From positions 1 to 29,923 of IMG/VR virus record IMGVR_UViG_3300038809_000047: DNA of 29,923 nt; one strand, written 5' to 3'. The translations under genes were made by a program, and so were the position numbers. This document shows positions 7,929 to 17,110 of the stretch, in pieces. A model generated the notes under the pieces. The model had not been told where the DNA came from. It ran no database searches and was given only the letters and a program-made list of their open reading frames with translations. Source of the stretch: a virus (Duplodnaviria; Caudoviricetes). Within the stretch, counting starts at the first letter, position 1, and each line of letters begins with the position of its first letter.

Positions 7929-8842
7929 TAAGTGAGGCTCCTGACTTCAAGGGTGAATTGGGCGTCGTTGGGGGCCCGAAGGTTGGGTGCGAACCGCTCA
8001 TAGCGACCAATGATCACGGTGACGTCGAGACTTGCGCTGCCCACGTAAAGGACCGCGCTCTCGCTGACGCCAGAAAGGGTTCGCTTGATGGTTGAAAGCC
8101 GGTCTTCATCGACCACAACGTCGTAGTTGACGAAATCGCGCTTCCCGCGCGGGACGATAGTGATCTGGCCGAAGTCCCCGATCTTGACGTTGGAGTAGTT
8201 CTCCAGGCCGAACGAGGTGTCGCCGTATACCGCCGCGCCGATGTCATTGGCCCAGCCGACCACCATCATTCCGATTTCAGCGGTTCCGCCCGGCGCGTTC
8301 GCAATCACCTGAATGGTCGCGCCCGCAATTGGCGGAAGATCGAGAACAGCGAGGTTGTCCAGCGTGGTGAAGGGGCCGAAGTAATACTGATACCAGCTGC
8401 CGCCCGACTTGCTCGACATCTGAAACGTGTTGTTGTAAACCTCGACCCCGGCCGATGTCATGATGATCTGGACCGATGAGGCCCTGACTCCCACCAAGCC
8501 GATCGCGTTAACCCTCTTTGTAAGAGCGACCGTCACATCTACCAGTGTTGCGTATGAGGTAGATGTGCCTACGACCCAGTCATTGGCGATCTGCTTTTTG
8601 AACATCTTCCAGCGGTTGGTCGGGCCAAGGTCCTGCCAGACCGGAGGCTGACTGGTATCGGTCTCCGGATTCTTGCCAGTGCTGGTGCCCAGCGCCTGAT
8701 AGTTGCGGTTGTTGTAGGTGACGTACGCCCCAACTGCATAGGCTGTCGAGACGTTCCAGGCTGCGTAGTCCAGCTCTGGAACGTTACTCGTCAGCATCGC
8801 CGGGGTGATTTCCGTCGGCGGCACGATTGTCATGCGGCTCAT
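7928..8842 (-). CDS. Virion tail protein (distal-tail position) with CBM5/12-like motif
   Basis: Directly after the TMP. AWNVSTAYAVGAYVTYNNRNYQAL resembles the CBM5/12 consensus. Also contains WQDLGPTNRWKMF. Confidence 0.65.
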   Translation of the reverse strand: MSRMTIVPPTEITPAMLTSNVPELDYAAWNVSTAYAVGAYVTYNNRNYQALGTSTGKNPETDTSQPPVWQDLGPTNRWKMFKKQIANDWVVGTSTSYATLVDVTVALTKRVNAIGLVGVRASSVQIIMTSAGVEVYNNTFQMSSKSGGSWYQYYFGPFTTLDNLAVLDLPPIAGATIQVIANAPGGTAEIGMMVVGWANDIGAAVYGDTSFGLENYSNVKIGDFGQITIVPRGKRDFVNYDVVVDEDRLSTIKRTLSGVSESAVLYVGSASLDVTVIIGRYERFAPNLRAPNDAQFTLEVRSLT

Positions 8843-11800
8843 GCCACCTCCTTAGTCGAAACGGTACCCACGACTTGAACGCCCGCGTTGTTGATCTGCC
8901 GCAGATCGCGCGAGGCGCTGTCCATGTAGGTTTCAATGTTGCTGAGTCGCTTGTTGAGCTGACGAATCACCTCGGCTGCCTCCCCTGCGTCGCTCCCTGC
9001 CTGAGCGCGTTGCGGACTGGCCGCGACAACCGGGCTCGCAACATTCATCACCGCGCCGCCAGAGGCGAACTTTGGCATTTGAAGGTTGTTCATCCGGTCC
9101 AGCAGGTCTGTGCCGTAGGTATCGACGGCCGCCGCCTTCATGACGTATTCGCCATTCGAGAGACGCGCGAGGATGCTGTCGCTTGTGCCGGTGCCTGGGC
9201 CGCTGATGTAGCCGCCATTCGCATGAGCTTGGAGCGAACCATTGGCGAGCGCTGCGTTCTTGATCGCCTGCTCGAGCTGGGAGTAACTGATCGAACCATT
9301 AGCCAGTTGGCCAAGCCAGTAATCCTTGCCCGCCTGATCAGCGCCGTGCCCCAACACCGACTGGTAAACCGAATCGATCAAGGTTCCATTGTTGGCCGCG
9401 GTACCGCCTGACGCCTTGCCGGTGATGGCCGAAAGCGCGGCCACGACTGCGATGTTCATCTCCTTGACGGCCTGAGCGACGGTCTTGACCGAGTTGTCCA
9501 TACCGTTGAGCGCGTCCAGCTGCTGCTGAGCGAACTCAAGCTGGTCATCCAGTGCGTCGAGCTGACTCTGCAACGTCTTGACGGTCTGCTCGGCATTGGT
9601 CAGCTGCTTGCCGTTCAGCTTCTCCAGCTCGGCCACGACATTGGCTGTTCGGCCTTGGTCGCGGTTGAAGTCCTCAAGCGACGAGTAAAGGTCGGTGCTG
9701 TTGTTGCTGACCGTATCGAGTGCATCGCTTAGCCCATCGAAGCCAGCCAGAGACTTGCCTGCTCGTGCCTGCGCAAGCGCACTTTGCAGAGTCGCCTGAG
9801 CCTGCGCCCTGAGCATCTGCACGGCACTACCCGACTCGCCACGCAGAGACTTGAGCGCCGAGCCCAGATCATTGCTCACACCTGTCAGGTCGCTAACGCT
9901 GGTGTTTGCCGTTGCCAGCATGTCGTTGATCGACGCCTTTTGAGCATTGATCGCGCGCTCAAGGGCGCTCTGGGCCGACGTCACACTGCCCATCAATCCA
10001 TCAATGATCTTCTGCGCGGCATCTGCTGCTGCCTGCTGAGCATCCTTCGCCTTCTGATCCAAAGTGGAGTAGTAGGAGTCGGCGTTCGTGGCAAGGCCAA
10101 CCAGCGTGGCAAACATCGCTTGGCCGGCGGCGGTCGTGACGTCAATGTCTTCGACCATGTCGCGATAGGCGCTACGGGTATCCGGCAATTCAAGCCCGAA
10201 CCCTGCAAACGCTCCCTTGAGGCTCTTTGTCAGGTCGGCGAACTGCTCGTCTGCGCTGAAGAAAGCCTGGTAGTACGTGCCAACCGCCTTGTTCAACGCG
10301 TCGACTTTCTCCTTTGCGGTCGCGGTGGTCGTGTCCAGATCGGACATTGCACCAATCATGTTGAGGATCGAGTCGGACGCGGCCAGGCCTGTGTTGTCGA
10401 GCTTCAGGTTGGCGACGTTAATCAGCGACAGCGCATCGTTCACCCCGTTGAAGCGAGTGAAAATTCCTTCGATGGCCTTGATCACCTCATCAGCAGTCGT
10501 GTCCCAATCGTTCGCGAACTCAGTGAACTGGGCGCGGAAGTAATCCGGCAGCGACTTGGAACTCACGATCGCCTTCGCAAGGAAGGTGCCCATGATGTCG
10601 TCGTAGTTGTGCTGCAGAGCTTCGGCCGCGTCCGCCGCGGTGAATTGCTGATGAATGTTCAGGTCATTGGCGCCGCCGCCATCAATAGTCGCGCCAAACG
10701 TGGTGGAGTACTTGCCAGAGGTCTTGCGGACCTGAAGCATGTCGTAGGCGTAGACCTGCGTCGAAGCACCGAACGCCGTGTACAGGTCACCCAAGGTCTT
10801 CGCGAACTTGTTGACCGTCGAGTCGAGCTGAGCGTCGACACTCGTTCCGAATTTCGGCGCGTTGGTCTGCCAGCCCTGCACGACTCCCTGGGTGTTGTAC
10901 TGGCCGCCTTTGTACGTCCCTTGCGCCGAAGTGCTCAGGTCTGGGTACTTCTCACCGCTTCCGCCGAACAGTTTCCCAGCGCCGAGCGGACCCAGAACCG
11001 TGCCGATAGCAAACCCTGCCGCGGTGCCGAGCGGACCCGCGAATGAACCGATGTAAGCACCGGCAGCGCCAGCGCCCGCAGTCACCGCGCCCCCCTTCAG
11101 CCCGTAGTCCTTGAACGAGTTGAAGATCGTGTAGACACCCTGGATGTAACCCAGAGTCGCGCTGAGTGTTTGCAGGCCTGTTAATGCCGACGATTGCGCA
11201 GCAGCCGAACCGAGAGCGCCATCAAAGGCGCCCTGCCCTGCAACACCGGTACTGAATTGCGCCGCGTAGTTGGAGTAGCCCTGCGACAGTGCGGCAGAGG
11301 TTGTTTCGGAACTGAAGATTGAAGCTGCGGTAGTCGACCCAGTCTCAAATGCACTGGTGACAACAGACTTGAAGTAGTCAGCGCCATTGCTGAAGGCACC
11401 TTCCAGGCCACCTACAACGCCCTCGCCGCCATTCCAGCCAGACAATAAGGACTGGCCGAACTTGCTGCCCGCGGCAGAGACCACAGAGCTGATGTTGCTG
11501 AGCGTGCCGCCAAGACCTCCGCCAGTTCCGCCACCGAACAAAGACCCTAGCCCGCTAGCCGAACCTGCGCCGCCGGCTGAGTCGCCGCCAATGCCCAGCG
11601 CTGCAAGGATTGGAGTGACGATATAGGCCTTGGCCACAATGCGCGCCAGGTCGGCAATGATGCTGTCGGCCAGATCCTTGAAGGACAGCTTGCCTGTCGT
11701 CGCCGCATTGACGAACGCATCCTCTACGCCATGCAGAGCATCAGAGAACAGGCCTTCCGTTTGCCCTGCAACATCCTTGGTTTCGTCGATGTAGTTGGCG

Positions 11801-14499
11801 AACGCGCGCGATGCGCCATTCATCCAGTCGGAGCGAAGGGCGGCTTCGTCCTGGTAATACTTCTGCTGCTTGGCTAGACGCTCGTCCAATGCGCTCTGAA
11901 GCAGTTGGGTTTGCTCATCATATGCATTATCGCTTAGCCGTTTTAAGCGATGATCGCGGTCGAGCTGGTCAAATTTCTGCTCATACTCTTGCCGGATCTT
12001 TAGGGTTTCCTGCAGCTCCTGACGAGCGCGATCACCAAGACCGAAACCTGCCAACTGAAGATCTAGACTTTCCTGCGCGCGCTTCAGGCTGTCCTGCAAT
12101 GCCTGGGCGTAGGCATCAATTGCCTGACGCTCTTTATCCAGTCGGTCCTGCGTCTGGATCGACAGCACTTCCTGATCGGAATCCAGTTTCTTGAGCGCGT
12201 CGACCATCTTCGCTCGCGCATCGGCGATCTTCTGGTCTACCTGGATGCGCTGGGCGCTCGTGGTGCCGGACTTCGCGCTGACAGCTTCGAGGGCGGCGAT
12301 CTCGCCCTGATAGGCGGCTTCGACGTCGGTCTTTTCCTTGTCAATCAGCGCGGACTTTTGGAGTGCGTATTGCTGATCACTTATCAGGCCAGCTTTCTGC
12401 GATGCGTCTAGAACTCGGAGCGAATTCTGGTAGGTCGTTTCGAGTGACTTGAGCGCGTTCTCGGCGGCGTTGAAACCTGTCAAATCAACAGCAGGCGCAG
12501 CTACCTTCTCGGCCTTGTAGCGGTCGTTGATGGCCTTAAGCGAAACATCGTATTCCTTATTGATCTGCGCGACATTGACGCCCTCGCCCTTGAGGGCATC
12601 GGCGCGCTTGCGGTCAAGTTCAGCAATATCAAGTTTCTTCTTTGCCTCCTTTTCCAGGCCGGCCAAGTAGGACGTATGGAGCGAGTCGACGGCCTTAATG
12701 CTCGCCTGCTCTCGCTCTTGAGCATTACCCTGAGCCTTGGCAATTGCGCTTTGACTTTCTAGCTGGTCTTGCAGAAAACCGCGCTGGATATTCCAGCTTT
12801 TCAGCTTGTCAGCATCGTAGCCTGCACTTTCCTTGTAGCGTTTCAGTTGCTCGTCAGATAGGCCTATCTGCTTGCTCGCCATATCCTCGATAGCCTTCAT
12901 TGAGGCGATCTGGCTATCCAGTTGGTCGATTTGGCTTTGGACTGTCTTCTGGCGGCCGAACTCCTTCAGGCCGTCGATTGCGCCTAACGTCATGGTCTTT
13001 ACGGCTTTCCAAGCCGTTTCCACGTAGCCGAGATCATCTACTACCTGGCCGGCCCGAGTTTTTACTGTGGCGGCGTAGGTATCGGTCAGAAGCTTAACTG
13101 CATCCTGCTCTTTGCCCTGCTCCTTCAGCGATACAATCTGTTCGTACACAGAGGCAGTGAGAAAGTGATACTGGTCGTTGAGCGTTTTAGCGGCAGAGAC
13201 CGGATCATCCGCAATCTTGACGAACTCGGCGATCGTGTCCTGTACGGCTTTGCCGGTCGCCTGATTCATGGCGACAGCCGCAACAGCAATCTCGTCGAAG
13301 CTTTCCCCGGCGATTTTGCCGGTAGCCGCGAGTTCGGTCAGTGCTTCCGCTGCCAAGCCAACGGTTCCGTTGGACTTGCCTATCGATTCTGCGAGTGCGT
13401 TGAGCTGCCCCGCGCTCAAGCCCGCACTTCCGCCAGTCAGCGTCAGTGCCTTCTGATACTCGGTGAACTCTTTCGAACCCTGATAGGCACCATACGCAAT
13501 AGCTGCAAGTGCAACGCCAGCAACTGTCAGCGGGTTGATCAGGCCAAGAACGTAGCCCCCGAGGGCGCTGGCAGCCGATCCGATGCCTCCAAAGGAGTCC
13601 TTTATCTGTCCGCCCTGCTGAAGCAGCACAGTTAAAGGCGCCTGCCCCCCCTGAAGCGAGGTGAAGATATCGGTGAACTGAGCCGGCAATGTGCGAAGTG
13701 CCGCAGCATTCTGCTTGGCGCTTACTCCTGTCCTGTTCAGGTCACCCTGAAATCTGGTCAGGCCTTCACGTGTTTTATCAATGGATGCGGTGTATTTAGC
13801 AAAATCTTCTTTCGAGAGCAGTCCTAGCTCTTTCGACCTGCCTAGCAGATCCTGTTGGGCGTCGAGCCTTTTCAGGGCTGCAACTGCCGGATCAATCTGA
13901 CCGATCAGCTTTGCCAGTGCATTAGCGTCTTCTGCTGTTGCGGATGCTGCCTTTTGGGTTGAACTGGTGGCCTTATCTTGAGCCGTCGCCGATTCAGCGG
14001 CGGCTCGTGCGGCCCGGTTCTGCGCGGCCAGCTGGTCGAGCTGCTTGCGTGTCGCCTCCCCGGCTGCGGCTGCCGTGGTGTCGAGCGCCCCGGATAGTTG
14101 CTGCTGACCCTTCGCGGCATCGATGGCTGCCGTGGCAAGCGCCAACATCCGCGCTTTGGCTTGATCTGCAGTTTCGGCAACTTTCGCCTCAGCTGTAGCA
14201 GTCTTTTCGGCCGCGGTGCTTGCGGACGTGAACGCTGCCGACGCCTGGTTTACCGACTGAGCCAGCTTGGCCATCAGTTGCGCGGTGCTGTCCTGGCGGG
14301 CATTGAGCTGCTGAAGCTCTTTGACGATTTGGCTGGTGTCGCTGGAGATGCCGGACACTGCCTTCTGCCAGGCGCTTTCAACGCGCTTGGCAGAGTCCTC
14401 CGCGCCCTTTCCGCTATCAACGAGCTTGTCCAGATCGTCAGCAGCCTGTACCGCTGACTGGGAGTTGATCTCAAATCCGAGCTGGGCAATCGTTGTCAT
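8839..14499 (-). CDS. Tail tape measure protein (1886 aa), lambda-like domains plus long insertion with DUF4214-like motif
   Basis: LPAQFTDIFTSLQGGQAPLTVLLQQGGQIKD, DWMNGASRAFANY...GKLSFKDLADSIIADL and GGYISGPGTGTSDSILARLSNGEYV motifs. Ala-rich coils. Confidence 0.95.
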   Translation of the reverse strand: MTTIAQLGFEINSQSAVQAADDLDKLVDSGKGAEDSAKRVESAWQKAVSGISSDTSQIVKELQQLNARQDSTAQLMAKLAQSVNQASAAFTSASTAAEKTATAEAKVAETADQAKARMLALATAAIDAAKGQQQLSGALDTTAAAAGEATRKQLDQLAAQNRAARAAAESATAQDKATSSTQKAASATAEDANALAKLIGQIDPAVAALKRLDAQQDLLGRSKELGLLSKEDFAKYTASIDKTREGLTRFQGDLNRTGVSAKQNAAALRTLPAQFTDIFTSLQGGQAPLTVLLQQGGQIKDSFGGIGSAASALGGYVLGLINPLTVAGVALAAIAYGAYQGSKEFTEYQKALTLTGGSAGLSAGQLNALAESIGKSNGTVGLAAEALTELAATGKIAGESFDEIAVAAVAMNQATGKAVQDTIAEFVKIADDPVSAAKTLNDQYHFLTASVYEQIVSLKEQGKEQDAVKLLTDTYAATVKTRAGQVVDDLGYVETAWKAVKTMTLGAIDGLKEFGRQKTVQSQIDQLDSQIASMKAIEDMASKQIGLSDEQLKRYKESAGYDADKLKSWNIQRGFLQDQLESQSAIAKAQGNAQEREQASIKAVDSLHTSYLAGLEKEAKKKLDIAELDRKRADALKGEGVNVAQINKEYDVSLKAINDRYKAEKVAAPAVDLTGFNAAENALKSLETTYQNSLRVLDASQKAGLISDQQYALQKSALIDKEKTDVEAAYQGEIAALEAVSAKSGTTSAQRIQVDQKIADARAKMVDALKKLDSDQEVLSIQTQDRLDKERQAIDAYAQALQDSLKRAQESLDLQLAGFGLGDRARQELQETLKIRQEYEQKFDQLDRDHRLKRLSDNAYDEQTQLLQSALDERLAKQQKYYQDEAALRSDWMNGASRAFANYIDETKDVAGQTEGLFSDALHGVEDAFVNAATTGKLSFKDLADSIIADLARIVAKAYIVTPILAALGIGGDSAGGAGSASGLGSLFGGGTGGGLGGTLSNISSVVSAAGSKFGQSLLSGWNGGEGVVGGLEGAFSNGADYFKSVVTSAFETGSTTAASIFSSETTSAALSQGYSNYAAQFSTGVAGQGAFDGALGSAAAQSSALTGLQTLSATLGYIQGVYTIFNSFKDYGLKGGAVTAGAGAAGAYIGSFAGPLGTAAGFAIGTVLGPLGAGKLFGGSGEKYPDLSTSAQGTYKGGQYNTQGVVQGWQTNAPKFGTSVDAQLDSTVNKFAKTLGDLYTAFGASTQVYAYDMLQVRKTSGKYSTTFGATIDGGGANDLNIHQQFTAADAAEALQHNYDDIMGTFLAKAIVSSKSLPDYFRAQFTEFANDWDTTADEVIKAIEGIFTRFNGVNDALSLINVANLKLDNTGLAASDSILNMIGAMSDLDTTTATAKEKVDALNKAVGTYYQAFFSADEQFADLTKSLKGAFAGFGLELPDTRSAYRDMVEDIDVTTAAGQAMFATLVGLATNADSYYSTLDQKAKDAQQAAADAAQKIIDGLMGSVTSAQSALERAINAQKASINDMLATANTSVSDLTGVSNDLGSALKSLRGESGSAVQMLRAQAQATLQSALAQARAGKSLAGFDGLSDALDTVSNNSTDLYSSLEDFNRDQGRTANVVAELEKLNGKQLTNAEQTVKTLQSQLDALDDQLEFAQQQLDALNGMDNSVKTVAQAVKEMNIAVVAALSAITGKASGGTAANNGTLIDSVYQSVLGHGADQAGKDYWLGQLANGSISYSQLEQAIKNAALANGSLQAHANGGYISGPGTGTSDSILARLSNGEYVMKAAAVDTYGTDLLDRMNNLQMPKFASGGAVMNVASPVVAASPQRAQAGSDAGEAAEVIRQLNKRLSNIETYMDSASRDLRQINNAGVQVVGTVSTKEVA

Positions 14500-14517
14500 G
14501 GGTTTATTCCGGGCATT

Positions 14518-14539
14518 AAAAAACCCGCCGAAGCGGGTT
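14518..14539 (-). terminator. Intrinsic terminator after the moron
   Basis: Minus strand reads AACCCGC-TTCG-GCGGG-TTTTTT. Confidence 0.85.
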
Positions 14540-14573
14540 CATAGTGTTTGTTGATGGTGCTGATAAGGCGACT

Positions 14574-15551
14574 TCAGCTGTCCATGTAAAATCTGAAGCC
14601 GTATTCCAGCCCGTCCGTTGCTGCTGCTCCAGACCCTGGAGTCGGAGCGCCTGAGCCAGTTAACTGAATGACTACCTGCTCTCCAGCAAAGACTTGGGCA
14701 GCCCCTTGGTAGCCTATCCAGGCCTCTGATTGCTGATACTGCTCTGCAGAATTGTCCATGATGTGCGTGGTGCCGGCGATTACCGACAGATCAATTTTTC
14801 TGTCGCCAAACTGGGCCAGCTTCAAAATTCCGGTCTTTTGAACGGTTAGGGTGAAGTAGTCAATGTTGTCTGTGTGGGTCGGGCTGTAACGTAACCCGAG
14901 CACTCCATCTACGGATGTGTTTAGCGCAATCTGAGTTGGCGAAAGGATGCTATCGCTCGCATCGGCTAGCTTGTCGTTGTAAGTGGACGGTCCAGGCGGC
15001 AAAGACGCGATGTAAGTATCTGTTGCTGTCTTGGCAGAAGCCAGGCTCGACGGATCTGAGTTAACGCTGTCTACAGCCGCCTTAGAATGCGAAGTAAAGT
15101 CATCCACACCCCAGTTCGCGTCTTTGGTTTTGGTAGTGAAATACTGTGCACTTTCGACCTTGTTAGCCAGCACCTTGGCGTCAGTCAGCGTTTGAGGGTC
15201 TGTTGACTTCGGATCTTTCGCAGCATTCGTGATCGCGCTCACAAAAAAATCGGCACCAATCTTCCCAGAATCAAGTTCCGATATCCAATACGCTTTGCCA
15301 GCTGCATCTGGAGATCGCTCAAGGAAGTTCTGGTAGACCTTATCTACCAGCGCGCCGCTGGAAAGACCACCGTAGATGCTCCAGTACTCAGGCTGATTAG
15401 GGGAAGCAAACGATGCCCTTGTGTCTTCCAGCGTGCGAGCCCCACCCTCAATAGCGTCGGCCCAGTATTTCAGCCCTGCATAGTCCGCAGCTCGCCCCAA
15501 AATACCGATGTACAACTCCTGAATACCTGCCTCTGTTTGCGCTCGGCTCAT
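14574..15551 (-). CDS. Moron: DUF4214-like repeat protein with C-terminal beta (PPC-like) domain
   Basis: IQELYIGILGRAADYAGLKYW and VDKVYQNFLERSPDAAGKAYW repeats, then ...DNIDYFTLTVQKTG. More AT-rich, has its own terminator, and lies between the chaperone and TMP genes. Confidence 0.8.
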   Translation of the reverse strand: MSRAQTEAGIQELYIGILGRAADYAGLKYWADAIEGGARTLEDTRASFASPNQPEYWSIYGGLSSGALVDKVYQNFLERSPDAAGKAYWISELDSGKIGADFFVSAITNAAKDPKSTDPQTLTDAKVLANKVESAQYFTTKTKDANWGVDDFTSHSKAAVDSVNSDPSSLASAKTATDTYIASLPPGPSTYNDKLADASDSILSPTQIALNTSVDGVLGLRYSPTHTDNIDYFTLTVQKTGILKLAQFGDRKIDLSVIAGTTHIMDNSAEQYQQSEAWIGYQGAAQVFAGEQVVIQLTGSGAPTPGSGAAATDGLEYGFRFYMDS

Positions 15552-15584
15552 GCCATCCCCATCCGTGTCAGTTTTGGTACAAAG

Positions 15585-15620
15585 CGAATCTATAGCACAA
15601 CGCTATGCCCAAATAAACAG
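15585..15620 (-). promoter_or_regulatory. Possible moron promoter
   Basis: TGTGCTATAGATT (extended -10-like) about 40 bp upstream of the moron ATG. No convincing -35. Confidence 0.35.
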
Positions 15621-15629
15621 AGTTGCGAT

Positions 15630-15949
15630 CTACGAATCCCGGTTATACGCCATCGTTCGCAGGGCTTCACGCTCCATCACCCGGAGGTCGGCGAATATCG
15701 CGGCGCGAACCTTGCGTTTCTTGAGTCCCGCCATTTCTAGCACGACCGGTAGGGCCTGGTAGTCCAACCCAGTAGCTCCGGCCATCCCCATGCGCCACTG
15801 GGTGCCCATCGACTCAAAGACGGCAAATGACTGAGCATTGGTCGCCCACAGCTCTATCGAATCATCCACGTCCCCCACCTCCAGCCCGAACAATGCGAGC
15901 TGCTCGGCGGAGGTGTCAGGGGTATAGAGCGCGCGGACAACCTCGATCA
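15630..15949 (-). CDS. Tail assembly chaperone, -1 frameshift extension (gpT-like, DUF1799-like)
   Basis: TQWRMGMAGATGLDYQAL and DLRVMEREAL motifs. The frame is open from the slippery site (LIEVVRALYTPDTSAEQLALFGLE). Confidence 0.85.
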
Positions 15950-16330
15950 GTTTCCCTCGCGGGCCTTGTGATAAGCGGTTTTGTATGCGGTCAGGATCGC
16001 ATCAGGCACCGCCGAGGCACTGCGCACCAGCGCACGCAGGTTCTCGTCGTTCAGCTCATCGTCAAAACCCCAGCCCTTGACGATCATCTTCAGCTGGTTG
16101 AATTCGAAGTCGGCCGCCTTGGTGGTGATGTCGCGCACGGTGGCATCGCCCTTCTTGATGACTTCAGTCAGGTCTTTACCGTGGCTGATCTCGCAGTCGC
16201 CGAATTCGGCAAGCTGATCCCGATCGAGATAGGCGAAGGTGAACGGCACCTTGACCGGCTTCTCGCCGATGCGCGGAATCTCCACGTCAGTGGTGAAAGT
16301 CGGCTTTTGCTGGATGGAAATTTTGGCCAC
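15947..16330 (-). CDS. Tail assembly chaperone (gpG-like)
   Basis: IVKGWGFDDELNDENLRAL and a REGN end. Follows the tail tube gene. Confidence 0.9.
   Translation of the reverse strand: MAKISIQQKPTFTTDVEIPRIGEKPVKVPFTFAYLDRDQLAEFGDCEISHGKDLTEVIKKGDATVRDITTKAADFEFNQLKMIVKGWGFDDELNDENLRALVRSASAVPDAILTAYKTAYHKAREGN
15950..15956 (-). other. -1 programmed ribosomal frameshift site G GGA AAC
   Basis: In-frame X XXY YYZ heptamer immediately before the chaperone stop. The -1 frame joins the downstream ORF. Confidence 0.88.
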
Positions 16331-16387
16331 GGGTCAGGCTCCAAAGGCTTGGATAGGGGATTCAGGGGGTGTTAGGTGACGCCGCGA

Positions 16388-17044
16388 TTACGCGGCGTTG
16401 TAACGAACTGGACGGCCAGACAGCGCGAAGTTCACGGTGCGCGTCATGAGAGCATTACGCTCCAGTGTCGGGGTGTCGGTGATGGTGCAGAAGCCTGGGT
16501 ACAGGATCTTGTCGCCGTTGGGCAGGTTCAGACGCAGGATGGTCTGAGTTTTGTTGTCGGTGTAGCCCTCAGCGACAGTTACGTATGCAGCAGTAGGCTG
16601 ATCCTCAACGGTCAGAGCCATGCTCATCGGATTGCGGTTGGTCGGGAACTGACGGTCGTCGTCCTCTGCCAGATAGCCGACGGTCAGGAACTGCTGCTCC
16701 CCGCCGGTGAAGGATGTGCCGGTGATCTTGGTGATCTCGACCCAGCTGGTTACGCTTTGGAAGCCGCCCGCGCCGCCGTCAGGAGTGTAGAAGGTTTCGT
16801 TCACGGTGCTGATATTTTCCAGCGAAAAACTGCCAGTTTCAGCATCTGCCACACGAACAGCACGACCGTCCAGCTTGCCCCAGTTCGACTGCAGCAGGAC
16901 GATATCGCCATCCGCCAAACCGTTCGCAGCTGCGGTGGCTACCGCAGGGTTAGCGTTGCTGATGTCGCTGATCACCTTCGAAACGGCGAAGGCTACGGCC
17001 AGTTGCATGGTGGCGCCGTTGGGCAGCGCAATACGAGTTGCCAT
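16388..17044 (-). CDS. Major tail tube protein
   Basis: LPNGATM, ISNANPAVA, GGEQQF and LPNGDKILYPG motifs. Sits upstream of the chaperones. Confidence 0.9.
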   Translation of the reverse strand: MATRIALPNGATMQLAVAFAVSKVISDISNANPAVATAAANGLADGDIVLLQSNWGKLDGRAVRVADAETGSFSLENISTVNETFYTPDGGAGGFQSVTSWVEITKITGTSFTGGEQQFLTVGYLAEDDDRQFPTNRNPMSMALTVEDQPTAAYVTVAEGYTDNKTQTILRLNLPNGDKILYPGFCTITDTPTLERNALMTRTVNFALSGRPVRYNAA

Positions 17045-17062
17045 GGGGTATTACCTCTTTAG

Positions 17063-17088
17063 AACGAGAAAACCCGCTCATGGCGGGT
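17063..17088 (-). terminator. Terminator-like hairpin between the two tail tube paralogues
   Basis: Minus strand reads ACCCGC-CATGA-GCGGGT-TTTCTCGTT. Confidence 0.55.
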
Positions 17089-17110
17089 GATGGGGTTTCA
17101 GGTAGGTGAA

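Noticed and set aside
5088-8842. Diversity-generating retroelement or invertible tail fibre cassette
   Set aside because: No reverse transcriptase, invertase, duplicated template/variable repeat or inverted fibre fragment was seen in this window.
9784-11046. 420-aa plus-strand ORF within the TMP
   Set aside because: It is an antisense shadow caused by codon bias and shows no domain signal.
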